A stretch of DNA of 64,000 bases from Carcharhinus longimanus. Taxonomy: Eukaryota. Each line of letters begins with the position of its first letter. The first letter of the stretch is position 1. The position numbers were made by a program, and so were the translations under genes. Location of the stretch: the NCBI GenBank assembly GCA_030264375.1, contig JASCQW010000109.1:50068307-50132306 (forward strand), in the 5' to 3' direction. Shown here piece by piece: positions 62,598-64,000 of this stretch. A model generated the notes under the pieces. That model had not been told where the DNA came from, did not search any database, and was given only the letters and a program-made list of their open reading frames with translations.

Positions 62598-62718
62598 TGA
62601 AGCTTCTTCATTTTTCTTTGCTGCATTAGAGTCAAACAGAACATTTCTTCCTCGTCGCTCACAATCTTGATAGACAATAAGTCTTATCTGGCTGGGATTG
62701 AACTCTGGGGCTGGCCAG
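62598..62718 (-). CDS. FNIP1: FNIP1 coding exon 2 (first exon in window; longin/uDENN N-terminus)
   Basis: Translates (S)[40 protein letters not shown], matching FNIP1 [31 protein letters not shown]; acceptor ttttctttcaag, donor gtaagt; 121 nt. Confidence 0.95.
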
Positions 62719-63679
62719 CTTGAAAGAAAAATGGTGACAAGAGTGCACAATTATTCTAGGTAAAAGCAACAAGTTGCATTCACAACCCATTCATAACTTC
62801 CCCGTGCAGTCACTGAGCTCTTTGCCTTAATTTGCATCCAGTTTTTCTGTACTCTACGAGCGTATCTCAAGACTCCCCACTAAAAATCAAACTACGATGA
62901 GGGGGCGATGTTTGAGAAGAGATGATAATCAGAAACGTTCTGACACAAGCCTTCACAGATACTAATTAGATTGTCTTTCATTATATACGGCATAGAAATT
63001 CATTTAAGAAGTTTGCAATATTTGCACAATCAAATGACTAGCTTTCCTACCCAAGCACTTTCTTCCTCTAGCCCTGTCTGCCACTTTGCAGCACACTGAC
63101 AACTGGTGTACTTTTTTGGTACATGAGGGGTACACCAGAATTCCCAACATACAGGGAACATTGCCCTCAAAAGTATGAAAGGGAGTTTGTACTAAAAGGG
63201 GTTTTTTCTCTCTTTTATATTCCTCAAAATTCATTGAGAAATACTTTTAAAAAATCAAAAATTTTCATAAAACCTTACAGTTACATATAGCAAATTTCCA
63301 TTTTTTAAAATAATCATCATCAGTGATTAGTTTTCAGCTAAGCTGAAGCTACTAAAGTGTCAAACTTTCATGTGCTTTACAAATAAATATTATGTTACAT
63401 ATAAACATGCAAAATGAATTTCAAATCTGAATATTCAGCAATATACGTATTTTCACTTATGTATATAGAAAAGACCTGGTCTCTCCTCCAAACTTTAATT
63501 CATTAAATACAAACAAAAAGGAGTAAATCGGTCTTTCCATAAACTGCAAATTAACTTCCATTGGACTGCATGTTGGCTTTGACCAAACACAACTTGCCAC
63601 AAAATAAAAATTAAAAAAAAAAATCCTTCCTAGCAAGTACTACTTTTGGAAAGAGTCAACTGTAAATCTGTTATTTTAG

Positions 63680-64000
63680 TGCTTTCTTGGAAATTATGAC
63701 CACTGGACTTCTGAAAGCATTTTACAGCCAATGAAATACTTTGGAAGAGCAGGCAGTGCTGAAATGTGGTAGCCAATTTGCACAGAACAAGCTCCACAAA
63801 GAGCAATGTGATAACGACCAAATGATCTGTTTCTTTGTGTGTGAGATTGATTGAGGAAATATTGCCTGGCACACTGGGGGTAACGCCCTTAATTTTTTTT
63901 CAAAGCAGTGCTATACGTTGTTTTATATTTACATAAAAGGGCAGAAAGGGGCTTTGGTTTAACAGCCCATCAGCACCTCTGGAGGTGCCTCACTCCCAGA
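63680..64000 (-). mobile_element. SacSINE1-like DeuSINE
   Basis: Reverse complement matches the recalled Deu domain and tail: ...aaacagatcatttggtcgttatcacattgct.tttgtggagcttg...gtatttcattggctgtaaa. Confidence 0.7.

Overview
Vertebrate genomic DNA from a cartilaginous fish, judged from HE1-type SINEs, SacSINE1-like DeuSINE pieces and CR1/HER1-like LINEs; several N gaps are present. One protein-coding gene spans the window on the minus strand: FNIP1 (folliculin-interacting protein 1). I traced 17 coding exons, equivalent to human exons 2-18, from 62718 to the TGA at 7957-7959. All have GT-AG boundaries and join in frame (3325 nt = 1 nt + 1108 codons including the stop). Exon 1 lies beyond 64000. 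A 3' UTR of about 2.5 kb has proximal (7402) and distal (5412/5429) AATAAA signals. Introns are dense with retroelements. Points of most interest: (i) short palindromic, TSD-flanked Penelope-associated elements carrying minimal hammerhead-ribozyme motifs, in two families; (ii) a CpG-decayed linker-histone H1-like retrocopy nested inside a CR1 LINE in intron 14; (iii) miR-499 and let-7 8mer sites confined to the long 3' UTR; (iv) lineage differences in FNIP1 regulatory motifs (AMPK S220 context, FEM1B redox degron, CK2 cluster). Human comparisons are from recall, not from a run alignment. Repeat boundaries are approximate (+/- about 20 bp).
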